Below, piece after piece: positions 37,480 through 52,083 of a stretch of 64,000 nucleotides of DNA. The notes beneath the pieces were generated by a model that ran no database searches, was not told the origin of the DNA, and saw nothing but the letters and a program-made list of their open reading frames with translations. The number at the start of each line of letters is the position of its first letter. The first letter of the stretch is position 1. The DNA is taken from assembly GCA_002269645.1 (NCBI GenBank), contig NIVC01003953.1:3866-67865 (forward strand), given 5' to 3'. This DNA comes from Macrostomum lignano. Its lineage: Eukaryota. Made by a program: the position numbers and the translations under genes.

Positions 37480-39068
37480 TCACAGAGAGGCAGATATGAG
37501 CAGCGTTGACACAAACAGCACCAGGGCGCCCACGGACAGCATCAGCCAGAACCAGGTCCGGTCGCTCTCGCGCTTCGCGTCTCGGGTCACTTCTGGCTGC
37601 AAGAGAAGGGTTCAGGTTGCTGTCACAATGAGACTGTGCGCATTCACAACCACCCATCTTCACTCACAATCACCCATCTTCACTCACAATCACCCATCTT
37701 CACTCACAATCATTCAGCCTCACTCACAATCACCCAGCTGCACTCACAATCACCCAGCCTCACTCACAATCACCCATCTTCACTCACAATCACCCAGCCT
37801 CATTCACAATCACCCAGCCTCACTCACAATCACCCATCTTCACTCACAATCACCCAGCCTCATTCACAATCACCCAGCCTCACTCACAATCACCCATCTT
37901 CACTCACAATCACCCAGCCTCACTCACAATCACCCAGCCTCACTCACAATCACCCAGCCTCACTCACAATCACCCAGCCTCGCTCACAATCACCCTGCGG
38001 CACTCAAAATCACCCAGCCTCATTCACAATCACCCAGTCTTACTCACAATCACACAGCCTCATTCACAATCACCCAGCCTCACTCACAATCACCAAGCCT
38101 CACTCACAATCACCCAGCCTTACTCACAATCACCCAGCCTTACTCACAATCACCCAGACTCACTCACAATCACCCTGCGGCACTCAAAATCACCCAGCCT
38201 CATTTACAATCACCCAGCCTTACTCACAATCACCCAGCCTCACTCACAATCACCCAGCCTTACTCACAATCACCCAGGCTCACTCAAAATCACCCATCTT
38301 CACTCACAATCACCCAGCCTCATTCACAATCACCCAGCCTCACTCACAATCACCCAGCCTCACTCACAATCACCCAGCCTCACTCACAATCATCCAGCCT
38401 TACTCACAATCACCCAGCCTCACTCACAATCACCCAGCCTCACTCACAATCACCCAGCCTTACTCACAATCACCCATCTTCACTCACAATCACTCAGCCT
38501 CACTCACAATAACCCAGCCGCCCTGCTTTCTCAGCCAGTCCGTCAGCCGGGCAGCCACAAAGGCGCCAAAGCAGTCGACGATCCGGCTGACGAACTCCTG
38601 GCGGCCCTGCTGGACGCAGTCAACAGCGAAGGCGCCGGCCATGGCGAACAGCGCAACAATTTTGCCCCAGTGGACGCCGCCGCTGCACAGCTGCTCGGCG
38701 AACATGGCGAAGGTGCGCCGGACAACATCCTCGGAGTGCATGGTGATGTTGAGCTGCTTGTGCACGTTTTTGTACAGGTCGGGGTACATCGCTTCCAGCT
38801 GCTCGCCAACCAGCCGCAGCTCCTGGCTAGCCGGGCCGCCGTCCGTGACAGCGGCGGCTGACAGAAGCGAGTCTGCCAGCTTCTGGGTGAGCAGGCCGCT
38901 GCGCTGCAGCCGGTGGCTGATGTACGCCCGGCATAGGCGGCGGCCCTCTTCGGCCAGCTCCTCCTGGCTGGGGCCGTCCTCCGCGTCTCCGGCGTGGGTC
39001 GCTGCGCCGTCTGCGGCACCGCCCGAGCTGCCTGGGAAGTGGCGACCCAGCGCGGAGCGGCGAAGCAT
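37480..39068 (-). CDS. BOK: Bcl-2 family protein, BOK-like, with a C-terminal transmembrane anchor
   Basis: Exons 39068-38514 and 37596-37480. MLRRS start; [10 protein letters not shown] (BH4-like); LRLVGEQLE (BH3); VHWGKIVAL (BH1); DCVQQG; WLRKQGGW (BH2); hydrophobic tail [24 protein letters not shown]. Confidence 0.9.
37640..38513. repeat. 20-bp minisatellite (TCACTCACAATCACCCAGCC)n filling the BOK intron
   Basis: About 43 copies, starting at the splice donor. Confidence 0.97.
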
Positions 39069-39688
<620 letters not shown>

Positions 39689-39867
39689 ACCTAATCCAAA
39701 GTCCTCGCTCGTCCTCGCAAAACTGACCAGCAGATTAAAAAAATTTCTTTTCTTCAAGTACTCTAAATTGCTATTCAAGGCCTTCTACAGGGGGGGGGCG
39801 GCATGAAGCCGCCGTCCCGGTGAGGGCTGAGCCGGGGTGATGAAGGCAGAGCGCACTTAGTGGCCAG

Positions 39868-39895
39868 CTGATTGGCTGAGCAGCCCGCCCCCCAG
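39868..39895 (-). promoter_or_regulatory. GC box + CCAAT box, probable BOK promoter
   Basis: Minus strand reads GGGGCGGG followed by GCTCAGCCAATCAG, about 180 bp upstream of the microsatellite. Confidence 0.45.
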
Positions 39896-40080
39896 ATTTC
39901 TCCGTCTTCGTTGAATCTCCGACTCCGAGTGCCAGTCAGTTTTACCGTACTCTCAGTGTACCCACAATCTGAGCTCAAAACACAATGACTGCCTGTCCGA
40001 CTCAACGCCTTTCCGTCCTTTTCCAGCTATAGACTGAATTCTGTCTGTGGCCTTTCTGCTCTCATTTTCATTGAGCAATT

Positions 40081-41060
<980 letters not shown>

Positions 41061-41605
41061 TGGGTTTACAACCTCTAAATTTGTAACCATAACTCACCAT
41101 CAACATTCAGAATGACGCCAACTATAGGGTCCAATCAAGAGAACTTGATTTCAATTCGTTGCTATGGAGACGATTTTTTGTGGGAACTGGCGATCGGTTT
41201 CGGAGTCCCAAGCCGAGCTTAGGCGGCTATTTATGCGGAATATTTATGGCACACATGCGCTCCAGTCAACTGGATACACAAAAGTCAAAAGAGATCTCAT
41301 AAACCAACTGCTGGCCTGCGTTGGCGCGCATGGCTCGCGCGTGTCTCACAGCGCTGCAGGAGACAGGGAGGGGCGAGGGCCGGTCAGGGCGATAAGATAG
41401 GCGGTGAGCCGGTTGCGACAAGGGCGTGGGCATGAAGCCAAGGGATCTGTCAGTTGCGTGAGCCACAGCCGAGCGTGAGAGCAGATAGAGAAGACCGGAG
41501 GGAAGACCCTTGCCGGGGGGCCTAGCGCACTGAACTAAAGGGATAAAATGGTAGAAGAAGAAGAACAGCCAGAAGAGGATGAAAAGGAAGGCTTAGTATT
41601 AGTAT

Positions 41606-42118
<513 letters not shown>

Positions 42119-42513
42119 CTTGCGTTCTTAGTAACTAGCTTTTCCTAGAATTATGGAAATAGCGACGCCATCTCTGGGGCTAATGAAGTGCGAATGTTTG
42201 GGAAAGAAGACGGCAGACATTTCACCCACGGTAAGGGACAGAAGCAGCCAGCCGGTAATGTACATCCCTGGGTGCCTGTGGAAGTACGTCGGCCACAGTG
42301 CGAAGCTGCTGCTTGACTTTCAGCAAAAAATGAAGCCCGGGCAACAGCGGACCAAATTACAAACACGAAACCGTCCCGCTCTCCCCGCCTCCTCTTCCCA
42401 AACTGCGCACTTCATCCCCAACCCGCTCCAATTTCCCCCTCTCTCCCTCCCCTTTCAACGGTCAATAAATGCTGCAATTGTCCGCCGGCTCGTTGGTCCG
42501 CAGCACAGCCGCC

Positions 42514-43913
42514 ATGACAGCCGCCAGCAGCTCCGGAGCCACCGTCTCTCTGGCCGTGAAACACCTGGCCAGTCTGCGCGGTCTGACGGTCCTGCTGTTG
42601 CTGTACACCTGCCTGGGAGCTGGCATTATGATGCAGCTGGAGAACAGTCAGCTTCCGCATAAACGGCGCGGACTACAGGTCGAAGACGTGGACAGGAACT
42701 TACTGTACAAGCTGTACGAGATCCGCACCAGCAAGCTGGTGTCCAGGGAGGACTTCGTTGCCGCATCAAAGAAGCAGATCGCCAAGTGGCAGGAGATTCG
42801 GTCGGCGCTGGAGTGGAGCTTCAACAGCGCTTTTCTGTACTGCTTCACTCTGTACACCACTATTGGTGAGAATCTGGGAAACTTGACATCCTTGATGCGG
42901 ATCTGGGAAACTTGACATCCTTGATGAGGATCTGGGAAACTTGACATCCTTGATGAGGATCTGGGAAACTTGACATCCTTGATGAGGAACTGGGAAACTT
43001 GACATCCTTGATGAGGATCTGGGAAACTTGACATCCTTGATGAGGATCTGGGAAACTTGACATCCTTGATGAGGATCTGGGAAACTTGGCATCCTTGATG
43101 AGGATCTGGGAAAATTGACATCCTTGATGAGGATCTGGGAAACTTGGCATCCTTGATGAGGATCTGGGAAAATTGACATCCTTGATGAGGATCTGGGAAA
43201 CTTGACATCCTTGATGAGGATCTGGGAAACTTGACATCCTTGATGAGGATCTGGGAAACTTGGCATCCTTGATGAGGATCTGGGAAAACTGACATCCTTG
43301 ATGAGGATCTGGGAAACTTGACATCCTTGATGAGGAACTGAGAGATTTTTGGCCAGATCGATAAGTGAGGATCTGGGGAAAGAACCAGGCTCATCGCCCC
43401 GAACCCCATGTACCCGCAGGCTACGGCCACGCGCACCCAGTCAGCGCCGCGGGCAAGCTGTTCAGCCTGCTGTACTCCGTGCTGGGCATCCCGCTGTTCC
43501 TGGTGTTCGCCGGCCGGCTCAGCGCCCGCCTGCAGCGCTGGCTGAGCTCCAAGCTGCCCTCGGCTCTGCTGGCCGGCAAGAGGACCAGCGAGGGTGGCGG
43601 CGACTCGCTGCCGTTGTGGACCTCAGCGGTCCTGCTGACGGCGCACAGCCTGGCTGGCGGGCTGCTGTACGCCGCCACGGAAGACTGGCCGGTGGGTGAC
43701 GGCGCCTACTTCTCGCTGGTGTCGGTCAGCAGCGTCGGACTCGGCGACCTGACGCCGGGGCTGGACAGCCGGGCGAAGCTGGGCGCCTGCCTGCTGCACC
43801 TCACGCTGGGCATCGGGCTGTGCGGCCTGCTGATGGACAGGCTGAACTCCTGGCTGGACTCGGCGCTGCAGGAGGCGGCTGCGACGGAAGACCATAAAGG
43901 CAAAGCCGAGTAG
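42514..43913 (+). CDS. Two-pore-domain (K2P) potassium channel, compact (281 aa)
   Basis: Exons 42514-42865 and 43420-43913 in phase 1. Four TM segments; P1 LYCFTLYTTIGYG; P2 YFSLVSVSSVGLGD. Confidence 0.9.
42866..43345. repeat. 29-bp intronic minisatellite (CTTGATGAGGATCTGGGAAACTTGACATC)n
   Basis: About 16 copies, starting at the splice donor. Confidence 0.97.
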
Positions 43914-45887
43914 CCGTGCAGCCACAGTGCGGCGTGACTTGGGTTGACTCCGCAACTGGGGGCTGGTGGGATTCGAGATAAGCATGATGGCGCCTCCCGA
44001 TATGAAAATCAATTAAAGGACATCGGTGCAGGGTCCAATTGCGTTGTTTTAGTAGAGAGTCAGGAAGTCCAGGTGGAGTGTACGGTTTGGGGTCATGAAG
44101 GTCAATTAGGGAGTCTGGAAGGTCAGTTTTGGGTCAGGAAAGTAAGTTATGCTGTCAGATGTCAGTTAGGGAGTCGAGAATATTTATGGTTAGGGTGTCA
44201 GATGTCAGTTAAGGTGTCAGGAAGGTCAGTTAGGGTGTAAGGATCCATTTTTGGTGTCAGGAAGGCAGGGAGTTGAAATCAGGTGTCAGTGACGGAATGT
44301 GCGCGCGACTGTAGGAAGCCCTGTACAATTGCTCTTTTGTAGCAATCAGCATAGTTTTCACTGAGTCATACTACATGTAGTTCTGTTATAACATCGCTCT
44401 AAATTGCATGTGTTGATATATATTTATATTACTACTAATCCTCATTTGATTTATTCTTAAGCCCTACTCATTAATAATTAGCATAACTCATTGACTGTAT
44501 TGACGCTGACAGTAGTAATATGCGTAAATTTTGCAATAATACTATTTTTACGATTGAATAAACGATTGAACCCCGCTTCATGTTAATATCACATACCAAA
44601 GTATGAATTATTCAATGCTGCAGATGCATACGACTAATATAAAAATAATAATAATAATAATAATAATAATATGATGGGTTTCGGCCATTTCGGCATTTGA
44701 AAGCCTCCGGGCCTCAGGTCTCAGAAATGAATCAATTAGAGTTCTGGCCCCTCACTCCTGTCAGATGGTCAGCCCAAGGTAGCTTGATCTGTGGCGAGCA
44801 GTCTAGGTCCTATAGCTAAGAGAGGGACAGCGAGAGACAATTGCAGGGAGAATTTTGAAGGTAGAGATTAGCTAATCCGCAGATTAACTAACCCGCTGCC
44901 ACCAGCCCGTGCGCTCTGGCTTACCAAACCGGAACTTCGAAATCGGGCTTCCGACTAGAAGGGGCTTTGCACTTACCTGCCATCTAGTGTCTTTTAGCTG
45001 TCAATCTCGAAGTCATAGCCGATGATAAGGGACACTGCTGGGACTCGATCGCATTGGCCATGCAGGGACAGAGGGGACTTGTGCAGGGGATTCTTGCGGT
45101 GGCGATCCTATGGGGTAGCTACATGTACTATTACATTGCTAAATGCGAGGGATTGTACTTTTGGCCTTCAACGTGCTAGCCAGCCTCTCATAGCGCTGAT
45201 GATAGGCTAACTCGAACTTTAGAGATCGCATGATTCATCACCCGAGCCGCTTGGCTAACCTAGAGTGCACAGAGTACATCTCTGGCGCCGATTCTGCACT
45301 TCTGGCAGTTTTGCTCACTGATTTGATAGAATGGGTCGACTGAGAACTGCCTTGCCATTGGTCCACTGTGACCGGCGCCTACTAGCTCAGCTCCTCATAT
45401 GAGCCATCGGCAAACAAAGAAATAAAACCGATAAAAATAACTTCCAGATTTAACCTTCTCACTGAATCACTTCACACTTTAGATTGAATCGGAGTGATTT
45501 GACTACTAACAGTATTATTGAACGATTTCTGAGTCAATAACAGTGGACAAAATGAGCAAAAGTATGCGCCTAATCCAGCTACTGAAACAGGGGACAGATA
45601 AGGAATCACCCTATCAAGCAACTCTAGGCAGCCTCTCACCCATCCAATCAGAAACTCAACAGCCGGAGACCAGGTAATCCACAGTGACCGAATCGGCTTA
45701 GTGCTTCGCAGCTGTAGGCCCGGGATGATGTCGTCACAGTTTTTGCAAATAACTAGTAGGTGATGATCTTAGCCTCGATGATTGATGCAGTCGACCGGGG
45801 GAGACGTCCTTGATGATGAGGGGGATATCGCAATCCGGGGATCAAGAGACGGCGAAACCCCAAACCCGAGTGGGCCAAAAACAACGG

Positions 45888-46019
45888 TTTAAATAGCCAC
45901 CAACTGGACCGAAAATTGTTAAAATGGAACACTTCAACGCTGATTGGCTGAGCCGATTTGTTATAACTGACGTCAAATTTTCTGATTGGCTGAGCTTGTT
46001 GCCACCTAAACTCACGTGA
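45888..46019 (-). promoter_or_regulatory. Promoter-like cluster: E-box, CCAAT, CRE, CCAAT, TATA-like
   Basis: TCACGTGA 46012-46019; CTGATTGGCTGAGC at 45982-45995 and 45940-45953; TGACGTCA 45968-45975; TATTTAAA on the minus strand 45895-45888. Confidence 0.45.
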
Positions 46020-46624
46020 CCAAAAGATCCTATCAGTTCCCTCGGGGCCATAAAAATACGCCAGATTTTAGCATAAATCACTCAAAATCGCTACATTATG
46101 ATTTATGGCTTTTCGCGTAGGAATTACAAAAATTAATAAAAAATATGCACTGGAAAGGTCTCATTAAGTAGAAAGTGAAGATGGTGAAGAGAAATCGATA
46201 ATGGCTAATCTTAAAGTGCTTTTAGGGGTAAAACGCGTAGCTGTCAAAGCTGCCAAAGGTCTGAGTGAACAAGAATAGGCCTTGACCTCATAAATCTGAT
46301 GGCCTGTCAAAAATGATGAGAAAAAAGCCAACCGCCAGCATCCTCAGACCATCTGGCGCCAGCTTCAACACTGAGTGAGGCGCTGAGGCGCAGGTGGCTG
46401 TCAGACACGCCTAGGAGCTATGATTTATGACCCCAAAAGTAGCAAAAACCGCGCCTATGCTATAATGACTACAAGTATGGCAAAATCATATAGCTACACA
46501 AATCCTACTAGTATGAGTTCTAGGAAAATTGCAGAAAAGAAAGAAAAATGCCCATAGCCTGCTGTCAGTAGGCTAACAAGTTTGGAACCCATGTTTGGAA
46601 AAATTTGGAAGAGATTTGGAAAAA

Positions 46625-46935
46625 AAGTGCGTCCTCATCAAATAATTGATTACACCTGCCCTAATGACCAGATGTGCAACCGACAGCTCAGCCGCAGCTA
46701 TTGCGCGGCGCATCTGAAGGCTGCGTACGGCTGTTCAGTCCAAGGACTGAGGGGTCGCCACACACAATCTCAATTACCCCAGCTAATGCTGGCACCCATT
46801 TTACAGCTGGGTGAACTGAGGCAATGTAGAGTTAAGTGTCTTGCTTAAGGACAAATTGTTCCGAGTGGGTCGGAGAATCGAACCACCGACCTTTCAGTTG
46901 TGAGTCCGACGCTCTGACCACTAGGCTTAGTACTG
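46625..46935 (-). mobile_element. tRNA-derived SINE with a CORE (MIR-like) central domain
   Basis: Minus strand: AAGCCTAGTGG (A box), GGTTCGATTC (B box), then TGTCCTTAAGCAAGACACTTAACTCTACATTGCCTCAGTTCACCCAGCTGTAAAATGGG, which resembles the CORE consensus as I recall it. Confidence 0.75.
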
Positions 46936-47076
46936 AAGAAGACTAAGATTAAAAAGCAACTATAATGCGCATTGTTTCTACTATAAGTAAGACAAATGCA
47001 TTGGAGCAATTTTATAAACTCGTATATTTGGCAAAATAGAAATTGATCTATGAAGCATGACTGCCAACACCTCAGC

Positions 47077-50046
47077 TCAGGCCAGAAAGTCAATCTGAAT
47101 GTCCTCCTCCTCCTCCTCCTCCTCCTCTGACGGCCCCGCGGTGCCCGAAGCTCCCGGCCCCGCCTCCGACCCGCCGCCGCTTGCCGCGGTGTACTTCTCG
47201 TGCACAGACTGGATCTTGGCGTATTCGAAATCCGCCCCGACTGCGCACGACAACAGGGCGGCGATGCTGCGCTCCTCGGCGTCGCCGAAGACGTAGCCAT
47301 TGGCTTGGTCGACGCTGCGCAGCAGCCGCAGCACCGACTCGCGGTCCTGAATGTCTAGCAGGCTGAAGCTCACCAGAGAGTGGCTCTCAACTAGTTCGGC
47401 CAGTGCGCTCGTGAATCTGAGGGTTGGCAATGCACACATCCTGTGGCTGAGGGGATGGTACTGGCACACATCCTGTGGCTGAGGGGATGGTACTGTCACA
47501 TCCTGTGGCTGAGGGGATGGTACTGGCACATCCTATGGCTGAGGAGATGGCACTGGCACATCCTATGGCTGAGGGGATGGCACTGGCACATCCTATGGCT
47601 GAAGGGATGGCATTGGCACACATCCTATGGCTGAGGGGATGGCACTGGCACACATCCTGTGGCTGAGGGGATGGTACTGTCACATCCTGTGGCTGAGGGG
47701 ATGGTACTGTCACATCCTGTGGCTGAGGGGATGGTACTGTCACATCCTGTGGCTGAGGGGATGGTACTGTCACACATCCTTTGGCTGAGGGGATGGTACT
47801 GGCACACATCCTGTGGCTGAGGGGATGGTACTGTCACATCCTGTGGCTGAGGAGATGGCACTGGCACATCCTATGGCTGAAGGGATGGCATTGGCACACA
47901 TCCTATGGCTGAGGGGATGGCACTGGCACACATCCTGCGGCTGAGGGGGTGGTACTGGCACACATCCTGTGGCTGAGGGGATGGTACTGTCACACATCCT
48001 TTGGCTGAGGGGATGGTACTGGCACACATCCTGTGGCTGAGGGGATGGTACTGTCACATCCTGTGGCTGAGGGGATGGTACTGTCACACATCCTTTGGCT
48101 GAGGGGATGGTACTGGCACACATCCTGTGGCTGAGGGGATGGTACTGTCACATCCTGTGGCTGAGGAGATGGCACTGGCACATCCTATGGCTGAAGGGAT
48201 GGCATTGGCACACATCCTATGGCTGAGGGGATGGCACTGGCACACATCCTGTGGCTGAGGGGGTGGTACTGGCACATCCTGTGGCTGAGGGGATGGTACT
48301 GTCACACATCCTTTGGCTGAGGGGATGGTACTGGCACACATCCTGTGGCTGAGGGGATGGTACTGTCACATCCTGTGGCTGAGGGGATGGTACTGTCACA
48401 CATCCTTTGGCTGAGGGGATGGTACTGGCACACATCCTGTGGCTGAGGGGATGGTACTGTCACATCCTGTGGCTGAGGGGATGGTACTGTCACACATCCT
48501 TTGGCTGAGGGGATGGTACTGGCACACATCCTGTGGCTGAGGGGGTGGTACTGGCACATCCTGTGGCTGATGGGTGGTAATTCATATTAATTAAACAATT
48601 AGAAGTCATAACTAACTTGTGATACTTCTGCAGCACTGGATCGCCTTCCAGACTCTGCACCAGGTAGGACAGGTCGAGCACATCCGTGAAATAGTCTATG
48701 TGAAATGGCAGCTGGCCATACTGCTCAATAAGATCGGCTTTAGACAGCACGTTAACATGAGGCAGCTGCAGGTTGAGCATAGCGCTCAGGCTGGTGAGCA
48801 GTACGGCAACGAATTTACCAGCATCAGTGCAGTAATGCGAATCAACCAGGTGCACGCAGGCCAGTCTGTAGTCGCACTTGTTGGTCAGGTGATCCAGCAG
48901 CTGCTGCACTGACTGGTCGTTGGTGTACAGTTCTACCTGGCCTGCGAAGGCGACAATTAGATAAATTATAATAACTCGACTAGAAAAATAGCGGTAATTC
49001 CCTTTTCAGTCTATTGCCTTGAGAGTCCGAGTTCGTAACTTTTAAAGCTCAGGATTCATGACCTTAGGGGCTAGGATTTTTAACAATATATTGACGAAGG
49101 CTTGTTTAAACGAAAAGACAGGGTTTTGTAACCTTCGAGGCGATGGTTGGTGACCTGAGACGAGGTTCTTGAATTGTAACCTTAGAGCTGAGGGTATGTG
49201 ACCTTAGTCGGGAGGTTCATGACCTTAGAGTTGAGGGTGCGTGACCTTAGTCGAGAGGTTCGTGACCTTAGAGTTGAGGGTACGTGACCTTAGTCGAGAG
49301 GTTCGTGACCTTAGAGTTGAGGGTACGTGACCTTAGTCGAGAGGTTCGTGACCTTAGAGTTGAGGGTACGTGACCTTAGTCGAGAGGTTCGTGACCTTTG
49401 AGTTGGGGGTACGTGACCTTAGTAGAGGTTCGTGACCTTAGAGTTGAGGGTACGTGACCTTAGTAGAGAGGTTCGTGACCTTAGAGTTGGGGGTACGTGA
49501 TCTTAGTAGAGGTTCGTGACCTTAGAGTTGAGGGTACGTGACCTTAGACGAGACGTCACGAGAGGTTCGTGACCCTAGAGTTGAAGGTACTTGACCTTAG
49601 AGTTGAGGGTACGTGACCTTAGTAGAGGTTCGTGACCTTAGTGGAGAGGTTCATGATCTAGTAGAGCACAAGAGTTCATGACCTGGCGATATTTATGGCA
49701 ATATTTTAATGATAAAAACTGAGCAATAACCTGGCATGTCGAACAAGAAATAGGCATTGGAAAACTGTTTGAGCCGGCCAACCAGCCAATCAGCATTCTT
49801 CAACAGGAAGTCCATGCAGAACAGCAGGCCGCCATTCGGGCCGAGGTCCAGCCTCTCCATGGCCTCATCTAGCCTGACCAGCTCAGTGAGATCAATATCT
49901 GGCTTGTATGGCAGCTGGTCATTGGCCGGGTCCAGGTTAACCAGCACAACTTGACGCTTCAAGTGACGCTGGAGCAGTTCGGCCATGCCAGCACAATAGG
50001 TTGACTTGCCAGAGCCTGGCGGGCCAATTACAACTTGACCAAACAT
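47077..50046 (-). CDS. GPN2: GPN-loop GTPase 2
   Basis: Exons 50046-49731, 48941-48617, 47416-47077 in phase. [50 protein letters not shown]. Confidence 0.95.
47430..48575. repeat. 30-32-bp intronic minisatellite (CACATCCTGTGGCTGAGGGGATGGTACTGT)n
   Basis: About 37 copies with higher-order variant blocks, in GPN2 intron 2. Confidence 0.97.
49140..49690. repeat. About 43-bp dimeric minisatellite (GTGACCTTAGAGTTGAGGGTAC + GTGACCTTAGTCGAGAGGTTC)n
   Basis: About 12 dimers in GPN2 intron 1. Confidence 0.94.
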
Positions 50047-51856
50047 GGCGCCGATGTCTATTTCTAGCTGAGATGCTTCTGTTTCGATTGCTGAATAGTC
50101 AGTTTAAGAAAGGAAATTCCCAGGTTGAAAAATAATAGACCTTTAAAGACTGGGTCAAAGAATATACCACAGTGACCTTTGCAAACTTTCTTTACCATAT
50201 GCAGTAATAAGTTCTAGAAATTTCAAAGTTAAAAGTTCTGTGCTTTTTCAGAAACTTCTATTCTACTTTGTTATAATGTGTAGAGCATTCTAGAAACTTC
50301 TAGCAAGCTCATTTATAAGGTATAAATAAGCAGTACATAATACCTATCTTGACTTTTCTCTCTCAAATGAGACTCAACTCAATAATAAAGAAAACTAAAA
50401 CCATTGCCTTGCTCTATCATTCTTTTTAGTTGAGTGCTACAAATACTAGGAATATACTCAAGCTATATAATATATAATAATTATTTTACCCTACACACGC
50501 CTAATTCTACTCTTTGATACTATTTCAAAATGTCAATTTTTAGCCTTTTATATAAATCTACTATATTCCTTATTGATATCTGGCTCATTCTATATATTGT
50601 AAGATGGACATTTTTGGAAAATAGAAAAAAGTCAATATTTTTGCTTGCCATTGCCTTATCAGCCAATTTTTTTACCAAATGTTTTTTATGTGTAATATCT
50701 ACAATCTAAGAATAAATGAATGATAAAATGTTAGATTAGTATGCTATCAAGTGGCAAAAAGTCATTTTTGTAAAAATTTAGACATTTTTCTAAGCAAAAG
50801 ACATCATTAAGTTTGTGTACCTTTTAAAAACAAATAGAAAGCTTTGGAAGGTTGAAACAAACTATAGATAAAAGTATAGTACTTGCATCATCAGATAAAA
50901 ACATTGGTGACCAAATAATCTATTATATTTTTAATATATTGGTACCTCAAAGTTACTGAATTGACAGAAAAAAATATGTTACGACCATAATGTTACGACC
51001 ATAAGGCTGCCTTTTCTTTTGTATCTTTGTTGCCTTTTTGAGTTTATATATTCTACAAAAAGAGTATGATTACTAAAGATGTTCTTAGTCAAATTTTTAA
51101 AAATGTATTGCAAAATATCAAAAATAAAAATGTTATAAGACTTTTACCTTTTAGTTTCTATATGTCAAAAATCCTGTTGTTACGACCATAAGTGCCATTC
51201 AAGGTTTAATAGCATCTATACTAATGATGATATCTACATGAAACTCTATAAAAATATTTTTGACAAAATTATCTTTCATTTAAAATATTGGTTTAGTATA
51301 TTCTATTATTATATTTCATTTTATAAGTAAAAATAGCCTGTCATGTTACGACCATGCTTATATGGAATGAGCCATCTAATATTTTGTGTCTATTTCATTT
51401 TGCTTATATTAGGCTTATGCCTAGAAAGGAATAGTATAATAAAATATTGGCATAGTATAATAAAACCTAGTCCATGAAAGTAGTGTATTTTACTTGTATA
51501 TTGACATAAATACATTTAATATCTTTTGAAGGTACCTGTACATTGAATTGCTAAATAACAAATTTCTGATTCAAATTGCATTCCAATTTGGGGATTTTGT
51601 GTGGGTTCATTAATATCCACCAAACTAACATATTTTTTATGTTATAAATTTATTACTTATGTTTTCAAAAGCAAATGGAACTACAAGCCTTTCTGTGTAA
51701 ATACAAGTCATTTCTTTAAACCTTAATTGGATTAGAAGAAAAAATGTTGATTTGTTGCATTTTTTCTAAACTTGGGCAATAATCTTTATAGAATATATTA
51801 TGTTGTATTTTTTCTTAGCAAACAACGAAGAATATTATACAATATATAAAGCATCA

Positions 51857-52083
51857 TGTGCCTGGCGTGTGGGACCGAAGAAGAAATGGTCAAACATGTG
51901 AGCAGTCAGTGCCTGGCCACGGAGATCAGGCGAAGGCTGGATGGGCCCACGGAGCTGCACCACCTCAACGAGCATCCAGAGGAGGCACTCTGGTACTGGG
52001 CCTGGTACCGTACCAAGTGAAAAGAAAACGATGCAAACTAGGATGTTCGCGCCTTGAGCGCAAACAACAACAACAACAACAAC
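51857..52083 (+). mobile_element. 5'-truncated LINE 3' end (227 bp) with (CAA)7 tail and 13-bp TSD
   Basis: ATATAAAGCATCA at 51844-51856 and 52084-52096. The insert encodes CLACGTEEEMVKHVSSQC...WYRTK*, an RT C-terminal CCHC finger, then a short UTR and the tail. Confidence 0.85.

Noticed and set aside
42890-43340. 29-bp unit resembling a hammerhead core (TGATGAG...GAAAC)
   Set aside because: It lacks C3, the stem II closing pair and U16.1, and is better explained as a copy of the splice donor.
46860-46935. Functional tRNA gene
   Set aside because: The anticodon and acceptor stems do not pair, and it runs into a CORE domain, so it is called a SINE head.
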